A stretch of 64,000 nt of DNA, from NCBI GenBank assembly GCA_964234715.1, contig OZ174286.1. One strand, written 5' to 3'. The notes below the pieces were generated by a model, which worked only from the letters and a program-made list of their open reading frames with translations, was not told the origin of the DNA and did not search any database. Source of the stretch: Podarcis melisellensis. Taxonomy: Eukaryota. Positions 1 to 10,289 of this stretch are shown piece after piece. The position numbers and the translations under genes are program-made. The stretch's first letter is position 1, and every line of letters starts with the position of its first letter.

Positions 1-720
1 CCTCCCCTCACTCACACACACATCCTTTACTCCAGTCTAATGGAGAAATGAGGATAAATTCAAGAAACGTTCCTAAGGCTTAACATCATGTTTCATTACT
101 TCTTTCCCCCGATTTCTGAATGTGTTACTTGCAAACGGGCAGCATGTTTACATAGTTAGCTTATAATTTATATTGTGACAATTAAAGTTCTTCTATACCC
201 ATCCCAAAGGCAAACACAAGAGGAAGAAAAGGAAAAAAGAAACGTTAAAACTCATAGAACAAATAGGAGAACTATTTATTCGGTTCACAGCCTCGTGAAA
301 TGCAGCAATAAAAATCTTTGGACTTCAGCAAAAGTTGTCTTTAATATTTTGAATTTCAAAAAACAGTGTCCAATGTCCATTTAAAACAGTGCTTAAGTCT
401 ATAAAAAGGTAACTTAAGCTTTTAAAAAAATTGATAAAGTTAGCATCTAAAATTTCCATAGAACAAAAAGAAAATCAAAAAATATTTTATAATCAGATAT
501 TTTGGATATTTTTTTTACAACACCTTACCTGTAAATTATATATATACACAGAATATTGCAGAATTATATCTAATACACAATATTTCCCCACTATTTATGC
601 TGGTATAGTTTTTTATACACTGGCCCTTATCTGTTTTTGTTTTTAATTAAATTATTGCATTGTATAAACTCTGACTCGCCCCTTCCCCCCCCCTCCCCTG
701 GCTTACCCCCCTCCCCTCAT
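1..720 (-). other. EN2: EN2 3' UTR (may extend beyond the window); candidate polyA signal AATAAA at 280-275
   Basis: AU-rich sequence downstream of the stop; TTTATT on + at 275-280. True 3' end not determinable. Confidence 0.7.
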
Positions 721-2220
721 CTACTCGCTGTCTGACTTGCCGTCTTTCGAGGCCGTGGAGTGGTTGTACAGTCCTTGTGCCATGAGGTGAACCGCCAGGG
801 AGTTCTTGTTGCCGGTGGCTTTCTTGATTTTGGCCCGCTTGTTCTGAAACCAGATCTTGATCTGAGACTCGTTGAGGCTGAGTTCTTGAGCCAGGCTTTG
901 CCTCCTCTGCTCTGTCAAGTATCTGTTCGTCTGAAACTCCGCTTTGAGTCTTTGCAGCTGCTCCGCCGTGAACGCTGTCCGGGGACGTTTGTCCTCCTTG
1001 TTGGGGTTCTTCTTCTTTGGTTTGCGGGATCTGGGGCCTGCGGTCCGTGGCGAGAGAAGGAGACACAGAGAGCGAGAGAGGTTGAGTGGAGGGGCGCTTT
1101 GGAAGGGAGCCCAGAACGTGCCCTGGCTTGGAAGCTTAATTCAATTAGCAGCACCGGGCGAGGGAATTTGGGCGGGGAGGAGGGAGCGAGAGACGCAGAA
1201 AGAGAGTCTCAAATGTCCTTCGCTTTTCGAAGCTACGTGCCAGTTGGTTCCCTCTGCCCCTCAGGGACCAAGTTCAGCGCATGCCACCAATGCCCCTCTC
1301 GCTTTTTCTCCAAGCAGGGCCTTCCTTGTCAAATGGAAAGGGGCTGGATCGCCACCATCCCAAGGGGGTGTGCAAGGTGGGGTCCAAGAAGAGGGAGGGA
1401 GAGCCAAGGGGGAGAGGCGGACCCAGGCCAAGGACAAGGGGGCCTTTGCCTTACCCAGAGCAGTGCCCTCGCAACCCCCCCCCCAAGTTCACTGCGTGTT
1501 TTTCTCCGGGGATGAGGGGGTGTGGGGAGATAAGCAAGCGCCAAGATGGCCAGGGAATGAGCTCCGTTTCTGCGGGAGGCCTGCGTGGGGCTCCTTTTCT
1601 CGGCGGAGGAGGCGCTGCGTTTCGGGGACCAGCTCCATGCAGCCTCTACCACCCTTTGTTACGGGTGGCTGTGCCCGCTCCCCCGGGGGCTTTGCGCACC
1701 CTCGCCTGACCTTCCTCGGGGCCGTTTTACCACGGCTGCTGCCCCCGCGCGAACCCGGTTTGCGAGCGCGCAGACACATGGTCCGCCCTGCTCCCCCGCC
1801 AACCGGGCTGCTGCCTGGGGGCGCGTCAGCCGGAGGGCAGAGCTGGCTTGCTCCCGCTTTCTCTCCCCAGCGACTAGGCCCGTCTCGGGCCGGGGCGACG
1901 CCGCAGCCTGGCCTAGGCCACAGCCTGCTTCTCGAGCTGGGTGCCAACCCACGCTGGCGCTCTCCCTCCTCCGCTACTCACGTCCATGGAAGCCCCTCAA
2001 CTCCCGGCTGTGGCAGGAGAATTCGGCCTGTCCGAGAGGCGCTTCTGGGCAGCGCCTTTGCGGCCTTCCCCAATAATTACGAGGCTGGCGGATTGGGGTG
2101 GGGGAGGGGAAATCGCCTGAGAAAATGACTTGGAGATCCCGGGGCGACGGGGGAGGGAGGGAGGGGGGAGAGGGAAGTTTTCTCTCACGTTTTCAAAAGG
2201 TGAAGCAAGCGGAGCTTCAA
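720..2220. promoter_or_regulatory. CpG island over EN2 exon 2 and the distal intron
   Basis: High GC and CpG density by inspection. Confidence 0.75.
721..1037 (-). CDS. EN2: Engrailed homeobox 2, coding exon 2 (EH3, homeodomain, EH5)
   Basis: Polypyrimidine tract and CAG acceptor at 1040-1038. Reads (G)[31 protein letters not shown]...[14 protein letters not shown]...[27 protein letters not shown], then TAG at 723-721. 595+317=912 nt gives 303 aa plus stop. The GKSDSE C-terminus is EN2-type, not EN1-type. Confidence 0.98.
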
Positions 2221-3816
2221 AAAGGAATGGTGAGAACAATCTTCACAACAGCCTCTTCAAGATTGCCCCGTTTTTTTCCTCCCTTAACCCCGGAATGCAC
2301 TAAATGTAAACAACACAAACACAAATCCGCCCTACTTTCCTTGCCTTTGGAAAGTAATCAGAAAAATATTCGGAATTAAATTCTCTCCCCCTTGGCTCTC
2401 CCTCCCTCTAGACAGGAGCTTGCACAACTCTCATCCTTCGTGCCAGCTCCATACGTAAAATGGTAAACAGGCGCCTTTGCGACACTGAATTCATTTTCCC
2501 CTTCCTTAAAAACAGAAATATAATGCATTCATACAAAACTACAAATTAGAACTCTTCTTTTCCTCTAACAACATTGACCCCAACATTTTAGAGATACCCT
2601 TTTTCTTCTACAGTGCAATGCATATTAAAATTTAAACGTTAGTTTTAAACTAGATCGCCTTGCAATTTTGTATTCTCCAAATGTTACACTTAAGAATGGT
2701 AATTATTCTGATGGGAAATATTCTCCGTCGTATTATAAGCATCTTTCGACAGGGTTTAACTTACTCGGTGGTTTGGGCCATGGTGAGAATCTATGATAAT
2801 TAAATATTAACAAAGAAAGGGACTGGAGAACAATGGAGTAAATTTCGAATCAGACGGGAATATTATCCGGCAGCGAAGGAGGTTGCTGTCTCTCTAACTC
2901 ATTTTTAACACCTATGAATTTATTCGACGATAAAATATATTGGAAGCAAGGTGGAAAGTCCTTTCGGAAAAATAAAACAAAAATCGAGATCCAATTGTTT
3001 TAAAACAAGAAAATTCTATTGAGCGAGTTTGCAATTCTCGTTCAGGAAGACTAAAACACCCTCAAGTGTCCCTGACGATAAAGGGCATTCCAGGCACTCG
3101 GCGGCTCCTCGTCCCGGCTCTCTCTTCCCGAGGCAGGGCTGGAGAGATCCCCACTTCGCTCCCACCCGTGCAAGCAAGGAAGTCTTCCTTTTCAGCGGCT
3201 CTGCAATAACTTCCAGGGCCTTTTCGAGCGCGGCTGCTCCGCACGAGAAGCCAGGGAGAAAAGAAAAATACTTCCAAGGCCTGCTTATTTCTAGAGGCCG
3301 GAGAAGACAACTTCACAGGTCGGGCCTTGGCGACCAGCAGCTGAGCTAGCCAAAGAAGGGGGCAGAATAGGACGCCTCCAAGGATTGCTACTGACTTCTT
3401 TTCCATCTTATCTTCTTGGTAAACGGAGAGAAGGGGGAATGAAAACAAACCCCACCTTGCAAACAGCCTCCTGGGCTTCAGATCCCGGCTATTTCTCCCA
3501 GCTGCCAAGAAGGAAATCGCTTTGTGTACGCCTCGAGCCTTCGGCTCTTTCTCCCCGCGCCCTCCTGGAGTTTCGTCCTCACTGTATCAAAATCCCTCCT
3601 ACGCCTGTCGCTGCCTCCCCATGTTTGTTTCAAAGCAGATAACTTTGTAAAACTGTCTTATTTTGCAAAGGGTGATTGCAACCCGCCGCCCCCTTTCGCC
3701 GCGATCGCCTTGCAGCCAAGTCGCCAGCTCTTTCGCTCGCGGGCGGGAGGTGGGTGGAGGGTCCAGAGACCCTCTTCTCGAGAGGCCAGCGACCTGGTCC
3801 AGAGCTGTTTGCTTAC
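1038..3816 (-). other. EN2: EN2 single intron (2779 nt, GT-AG)
   Basis: GTAAGC donor and CAG acceptor at the conserved engrailed intron position within SSG|PR. Confidence 0.95.
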
Positions 3817-4800
3817 CTGACGAAGGCCTGTCCGAATAGCGGGTGCAGTAGACCCAGGCTGGCCACAGCATGGGCTGCGCGCTGGGGAAGGAGCTGGCCT
3901 GGGAGCTGTCCGAGTCGGAGCTCAGCGACTGATCGCCGCCGCCGCCGCCACCGCCGCTGCTGCTGCCACTGCCGCGGGACTTCAAGGCTCCGTCGAGCGC
4001 GCCAGAGTCGCCGCCTTTCTTAGCCGGGGCTAGAGCTTTGGAGCCGCCGCCGCCTCCTCCTCCTCCGTCGGTCGGGGAACCGGAGGCTGGCGCCGCCGAG
4101 GGGCTCCGGGCGGTGAGGAGCTGCTGCTGCTGCTGCTGCTCCGGGTTAACGCTGCTGCCGCCGCCGCCGCAGGTACCGCCGTCTTTCCTCCGGCCGAACT
4201 CCGGCCGCAGGATGTTGTCGATGAAAAAGTTCGTGATTCGGTGCGGCGGGTGCTGGTGCGGATGGTTGCCGGGATCCTGGAGCACCCGGGGCAGGAGCAT
4301 CGCCCTCCGCCGGTTGGGCTCCCCGTCGCTGCCGCTGCTGGACTCCTCCGGCGGCGGCGGAGGCTGTTCGGCGCCTCCTTCGGCGCCCGCGCGCTGCTCG
4401 TTCTCCTCCATGCTGAACACGGAGTCCCCAAATGTTGTTGCCCTCCCGCTTTTGTCTGCGCGCGCTTCGGGGCTGCTCGGTTTGGGTTACCCCCCCTCCA
4501 CACCCCCTTCCGCCTGGGTCCGCGGAGCAATCCAAATCCAGACTTTGCAAAGCGAACCAGATATAATTGAAAATATTATATATATATAATGTTGCCGCCG
4601 CTTCTCCTTCTCCCTTCGGCTGCTGTAGTTGGTTCCTCCTTCTGTCCCCTTCCAGCCTTTCAGTTCTGCAGCCCCCTCCTGCGTTCTTTGCCCCGCAATG
4701 TATTCATCATTAGGACTTTCATCCGCCACCCCCGCCCCCACTCTTGTCCGGCTTCCGAGGGTGGAGAAGAGACTGGCGGCAACCTGACAAAAAAATGGTG
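3050..4800. promoter_or_regulatory. CpG island over EN2 exon 1
   Basis: Very high GC and CpG density by inspection. Confidence 0.85.
3817..4411 (-). CDS. EN2: Engrailed homeobox 2, coding exon 1 (EH1 and EH2 motifs)
   Basis: ATG at 4411 in good Kozak context (agcATGG), with an in-frame TAA upstream at 4487-4489. Translates MEENEQ..., EH1 HRITNFFIDNILRPEFG and EH2 PMLWPAWVYCTRYSDRPSS. Ends at donor CAG|GTAAGC (3817/3816). 595 nt, phase 1. Confidence 0.97.
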
Positions 4801-5270
4801 ACGATCCTTCCACGGGGGAAAAGTCAATGGAGCCCCCTCTGCTGAGCTGGAGAAAGTGCCTTCCTCCTCTCTACAGCGCACAAGGCAAGCGCAGGCTTGA
4901 GACGCACAGAGGCATCTGGACCATCACAGCCGATCTCTGGCTTCCTCCCTGCCTTTGAGCCAAATATTCCAAGTTGTACAGAAGGAGATAAGAGGGGAAT
5001 CTCTCTCTCTTGCTCTTCCGGACTCGCTTTCCCTGGCTACCTATAGTGGGGGTGTAAATTTAGAAGCCACTTAAACTGAACCTGAAATACTTTCACTCTG
5101 GATTTTTGTTCTTATTTTTAATAGAGCTCCTCAAGTGACGTTGCAAGGCCGGTATCCTAGACACGTGCCTTTGGCCAATGACAGAAGAGCCTTTTGCACA
5201 CGTGATACAGTAGCACTCTAGTAAATGACAGGAACAGCCCCCCTCCTCCCGTTGCCCAATGCCCCCACCT
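4412..5270 (-). promoter_or_regulatory. EN2: EN2 5' UTR and proximal promoter
   Basis: TATA-like TATTAAA (minus, ~5123-5117), half-CRE TGACG 5136-5140, E-boxes CACGTG 5162-5167 and 5199-5204, CCAAT 5175-5179, TGACAG 5179-5184 and 5226-5231. TSS not determinable. Confidence 0.6.
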
Positions 5271-5814
5271 CCCGATTTTAAAGCTGCAGCGTCCTCTGCT
5301 TCTCAAGAGCCTTTTTTAACATATATAAAAAAGAAGGAATGCAGGAATACCTTCGTCTTCTAAACAAGGGATAGATTCATCACCCCTTGTCTTGCTAATC
5401 TGTTTCCTTTTATATCTTCGCTGAAGAAGGGCTCCAGTACACACTGGTGGGGGTGGGGGGGTTTCTATATTGTTTACAATTGGAGTTGGGAGGGGGAAGG
5501 AGAAGAAGACAGAATGAGAGGGGGCGAAATCCCACAATTCCTTGCAAAATGCATAAATAATATTAAATGAACCAGAGCGATACAAAGGGACTTTTTGTGT
5601 TACCGATTTATTTTTGGGGGGGAGTGGGAGCGAGAGGAAGAATCAGAGGCAGTTAATTTTAAAGCAGACTCTCTCTTTCGCCGTCTTTTTGTCTTACTAT
5701 TTCTCTGCGCGCGCGCGCACGCACACCAACCAGTCCCAGCCCCCTCTTTTGTAATCCCGGAGCCTCGCCTGCAGGAAAAGACGGGCAAATATCGGGGGTT
5801 TCTGTTGGGGGGGG

Positions 5815-6055
5815 GTTTAAATGCCAGACTGCACTGGGGCTGCTATTATTGGTAACTGCAGTGCAATAAACATAAGACGGTATGATAATTGATTCATTCA
5901 GCTGAAAACTGGACAGGAGCCTTTGATCATTTATTCCAGCTTCAAAAACAATATTAAACAGAGAGGTTTCCCATTGACAGGCAGGAGGACGTGAGAGTCC
6001 CCCTTCCCCCAAGCAGCTCTAATCAAAATACAGTAATCAAGCGATAGGGGTATTC
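5815..6055. promoter_or_regulatory. Candidate proximal enhancer (TCF/LEF, Pbx, Meis motifs)
   Basis: CCTTTGATC 5920-5928, TGATTCAT 5890-5897, TGACAG 5975-5980 and several TAAT cores in non-repetitive sequence. Confidence 0.5.
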
Positions 6056-8272
6056 ACACACGAACACACACACACACGGAATAGATACAGCCCTCCCATT
6101 TTTAATCTTTTTTTTTAAAAAGCTAACTAATAAGAACTCTAAATGTTGCATTAAGGTCTGTCTGGAGTCTGCAAGGAGTGCTCCTCACCGGAGTTGCAAA
6201 GAAGGCCCCCTCCACGGGGCCAGCCCTTTCCTTGAGCGTCTCCTCCTTCGGCCTGCGAAGGATTTTTTCCTCCCCAAACCTCCCGCTAAACACTCTGCCT
6301 GCAGACAGAACCAAAATAACCATCTCTTCCATGCCATCCGCGGGATCTTTGCTTGGCTGCTCTTGAATTTGTGAAAGTCACCCAAAGGTCACTGAAACGC
6401 TGGAGGGTGAGTGCAGCTTTAAACACACACCATCAACCAGCCGAGGAGGAGAAAGCGATGGTGATGGTGATGATGGTGATGAGAACAACAACCTTAAGAA
6501 AGCAAAAGAAAAGCTTTTGTCAACAAACTCTGACGATGGGGGAGGGGCTGGAGAGTGACGGCACATGATCCAGTCAGCGCCAAAGACAAAAATGAAGCCA
6601 AAACATCCACGGCGGCGTCCAGGCAGCTGCTCCTGCCCCTTTTTAAGATTTCCAAGGCAGACGTTGCCCACCCTGAGGCGGGCCACTCAGCGCTTTTCGC
6701 CTTCTCTCCCGGAGGCCCGTTGCAAGTGCGGGGAACCCAAGAGGTTGGGTGGAAAGAAGGGAAAGCAGGGTTAGGCAAAGCCGGGACAGAAAACCCTGGA
6801 AGGGGTGGGAGAGAGCAAGACGCGGGGATCGGGAGGCCAGCGGCCCCGAGGGCAAGGAGCTGGCGGCGGCGGGGTAGGTGGGTGGAAGGCTGGGTCTCTA
6901 ACTCCCCTCTCGCTGAGTCTCCACCGGTCTCGCCCTGGTGGTGGGCTTCGGACTTCTTTTTTCTTTGGGGGCGTCCTGTGGTGGTGATTAATCCTGGAAT
7001 TGCTTTAGATTAAAAGGGAGCAAAAATTGGGGGTAGCAAATCAAGCAGACCTTTCGGAAGCCTCAGCTGAAGAAGATAAAAAGCCTCACAAACATATACT
7101 AACGTACTACATCGCTCTCATCGAGTATTTATCCGTGCTGTTTAGTGTTGTCTGCGGGTCTGTTTGCTTGCTTTAAAAAAAAAAACATTTTAGCATTGGT
7201 AATGCTGGACTATTTTTAGCGCTCGACAGCTGGACTCAACTGGGGAATGCAAAATACTTGGGGGGGGGTTAAGACACAAGTCATTTCAGCAAACTGCGTT
7301 GCTCAATGCAGTATTGTGAATTTTAAAATAAATTTTTGTTGTTGTTTAGTCGTTTAGTCGTGTCCAGGTTGCTTCAATTGGGCGAGCACGTCAAGTCCCC
7401 ACACGCTGGTAATTGGAAGTGAGCCCCGTTTAAATAAACAATAGTAGCCTCCAAATTTTTGAACATTTTGGAGTTAGCGGAAAGTACTCTGGAAGATTTT
7501 ATCTTTCTGTAACTCAGAGCCTCATTTCTACGACTTTGTTTAACTGTTGCTTTTGCGTAATCCAAAATGTGATACTGATTTCTGTTTGGATTTTTGCTCC
7601 CACCACAATTTTTAAAATCCTGTATAATTTACAGTATCTGGGCACACAAAGAGATCAAGTATCCCTGATCTAAAGGGTTTGTGCTCTAACAAGCACCTTG
7701 AGGTTAATTTCTTTAAGAGCCCCATGGAAAGCGATTAGGCTGTCTCCCAAGAAGTATTTTCTAATTACTGGGAAGACCTGGCTTTCCTCGTACCCCATAA
7801 TTAAACGTGTCCAAGGTGTTGCACTTCAAATATTTCCCTTCAGGGCGGACCCCAAGTTATTGACTTGAGCTTAAAATATCTTGAAGTAAACATTAGCTGC
7901 CCAACGTATCAAGTAACACTTCTTGTCACTTAGCGCTGACCACACTTTAACATTTCTATTTGCTAAAATTACCTCGAGGTACTAAATACTCGACTACAGG
8001 CGAAGAATTCCTTCGGTAAAGTCCAAGACAGATGATTAACAAAGGCTGTACACAAAACAATTATTGCAATGGACTCTTCGTTTGGCTTAAATCCCAGTTT
8101 TATTCCCCTCCCCCGCAAAAAGACAGCAACGATAGGAAATTCTGGGAGAAAGAATGGGGTGGTAGTGGGGAGTCTTGGAAAAATTAGTCGAGGCTATTTT
8201 CCAAAATACCTAAACATTATATCTATTTTATTCTTAAAAGCTCTCTGCAACAAGTTTTGTTTCAAAATGAAG

Positions 8273-8318
8273 TAATAATATAATATAATATAATATAATA
8301 TAATATAATATAATAATA
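8273..8318. repeat. (TAATA)n pentanucleotide microsatellite
   Basis: Direct tandem repeat. Confidence 0.95.
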
Positions 8319-10134
8319 AGTGTTGAAGATGTTTATAATTGTAAATTGTCATAAGAAGAGACCAGGAAATTTGTTTTGAGAAGTTGGAGCTGTTCCAGTT
8401 TCTACTATCGAAAGAGAAGATAAGGTGATTGTGACGCAAATCTTCATGTGGAGATTTTTAATACGTGTATTTCCTGCCCAGTAAATACGTTGATGTCAAT
8501 TTGTGTTGAGCACACCGTCATCTTTTTAGACTAATCCACAACCCACTTAAACCAGAATATCTGGCTTTAAAACCATTTACTCTTCTACCCTAACCGTATT
8601 TCTCGTAAATACACTTCAATGGAGTCAATGGCGTCAATGGGATTGAGGTCCTTCCGGTCAATATATTTTGAATTGGAGCCTAATCCAAATACTGTACAGG
8701 CATCAACTGGCGTCGAGGGCTGCAGCCTTTACCAACGCAGTTTCTTTTACTAGGGAACTTATATGAGCCACACCCAACATATCAATCAGGAACTAGTTGG
8801 GCCGGGACAGTTTGTTTTCACTTTCGCTAGCACACATTCCTTGCAGAGAAAGTCGTTCTTAGCTTGACTGTTGAGGCTTCACTGGCCCTGCAGTTGCCTT
8901 ACAGTGGGCGTATCATTAGCGGCCTGCCAGGCGTTGCTCACCTGGCTTCCCAACTCTGCCTCAGGTCGCTGCCGGTCACCAAGAAAGAAAGGGGACCCCG
9001 CTGCCTTGCCCCTCCCCCTCTCGGTAACCGGCAGGGACCTGCGGAAGAGTTGAGAGAAGCCAGGTGAACAACACCTCCCTCCCTGCCAGGACTGCCCCAC
9101 CGGTGGAAAAAGGAAGAGGAGACCCACGGATATCGCAGACTGTCCTGCAGTTCTGTGGGAAACGCTGGACTGTCATCCTACAGGCGGGCTAAAGCGAGAC
9201 GATTTGTATCGTGACTCCGCTAACCTTGTCTCTAGCAGCTTGTACTGGCTGATGTGGTGAAAGTTACAAGTAATGAAAGCAATCAGACAGATCAGACTTT
9301 CTCTGGGCTCGTCTGTGGCAGCGTCAGAGGAGATGCCCTGATCCTTTTGAAAGCTAATTCATAAAAGGGTTTTTGGGGAGTGGGGTTGAGGAGAGAATAA
9401 AGGCAAGGCTTAGCAGAATCTGCAGAGATCTGCCTTGTATCCTGGGACCTTTAGGGTCCAACATTCAGGAGGGGAAAACGAGAACCTGGTCAAAACAAGA
9501 ATCAATCATATATTGTTTTAAATAAATAAAAAACACAAACACGCTTTTGCAACCCCATTTCTGTAACAAAATGCGAAAATATGGCCAAAATTTGGTGTAC
9601 ACCAAATTTCGCAGTGTTTTATTAGATTTCCATCTCACAAAATGCCTGGAATACCCCGAACACCTTCACAGAAAAACCCGCATTTTAAGGTAGTTGGTGA
9701 AAGGTCAGATCGAGCGCTAAGTATGTTGGGTTTGGGAAACATCCACATCCAGTACACAGGCATATGCGCCCCGCAAGCCATGGAGTTACCTTCAAAGTGA
9801 ACAGCTCAATGGCGATTGCCATGAAACAGATCTACAAGACAAGAAGTTACTTTAAGCTGGTTTTGCAAACAGTTTGGAATCAACACTCCAAGCAGAATAG
9901 AGTGAAAGGTGGTGGTGGGGGATCGTATGTATTTTGTATGTTAGGAAAAAAGTAATATATATTGCTTTGGCTGTGGTATCGAAATCAACAATAAATCAAC
10001 TCTGTACCTAAGACAAAGAGGGGAGAAATTCAGAGAGTGAATGTAGCGACAAGAAGTCGAACAGCAAGACGGAAAACAGCAAAATCGTTTTCTTAAGGGT
10101 CATTGTTATTACCCTGTTGCAGAGTATTTCAGGG

Positions 10135-10204
<70 letters not shown>
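10135..10204. repeat. Compound (CT)n(CA)n(GA)n microsatellite
   Basis: Seen directly. Confidence 0.95.
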
Positions 10205-10289
10205 GCTGCATTCCTATACTTACCTATGAGTAATCCTCATTGAATTCAATAAGAGTTACTTTTGAGTAGGCATGTGTAGTCCAGCAGCC
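10204..10289. mobile_element. Short palindromic MITE-like element (GGCTGCAATCCT...AGGATTGCAGCC family), representative copy
   Basis: GGCTGC...GCAGCC ends and central palindrome cattgaattcaat; many related copies in the window. Confidence 0.65.

Noticed and set aside
944-2128. 394-aa plus-strand ORF and other long ORFs overlapping the EN2 exons and intron
   Set aside because: GC-rich, stop-poor sequence antisense to EN2; non-ATG starts, low-complexity translations and no recognisable domains.
3599-3816. Read-through of EN2 exon 1 into the intron (273-aa ORF)
   Set aside because: A canonical donor at 3816 joins in frame to the homeobox exon; no evidence for a retained-intron isoform.
721-4411. 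EN1 as an alternative identity
   Set aside because: MEEN start, [13 protein letters not shown] linker and GKSDSE end match EN2; the long polyA/polyP tracts of EN1 are absent.
4487-4813. 108-codon ORF in frame with EN2, possible N-terminal extension
   Set aside because: Begins at GTG and terminates at TAA 4489-4487 before the EN2 ATG.
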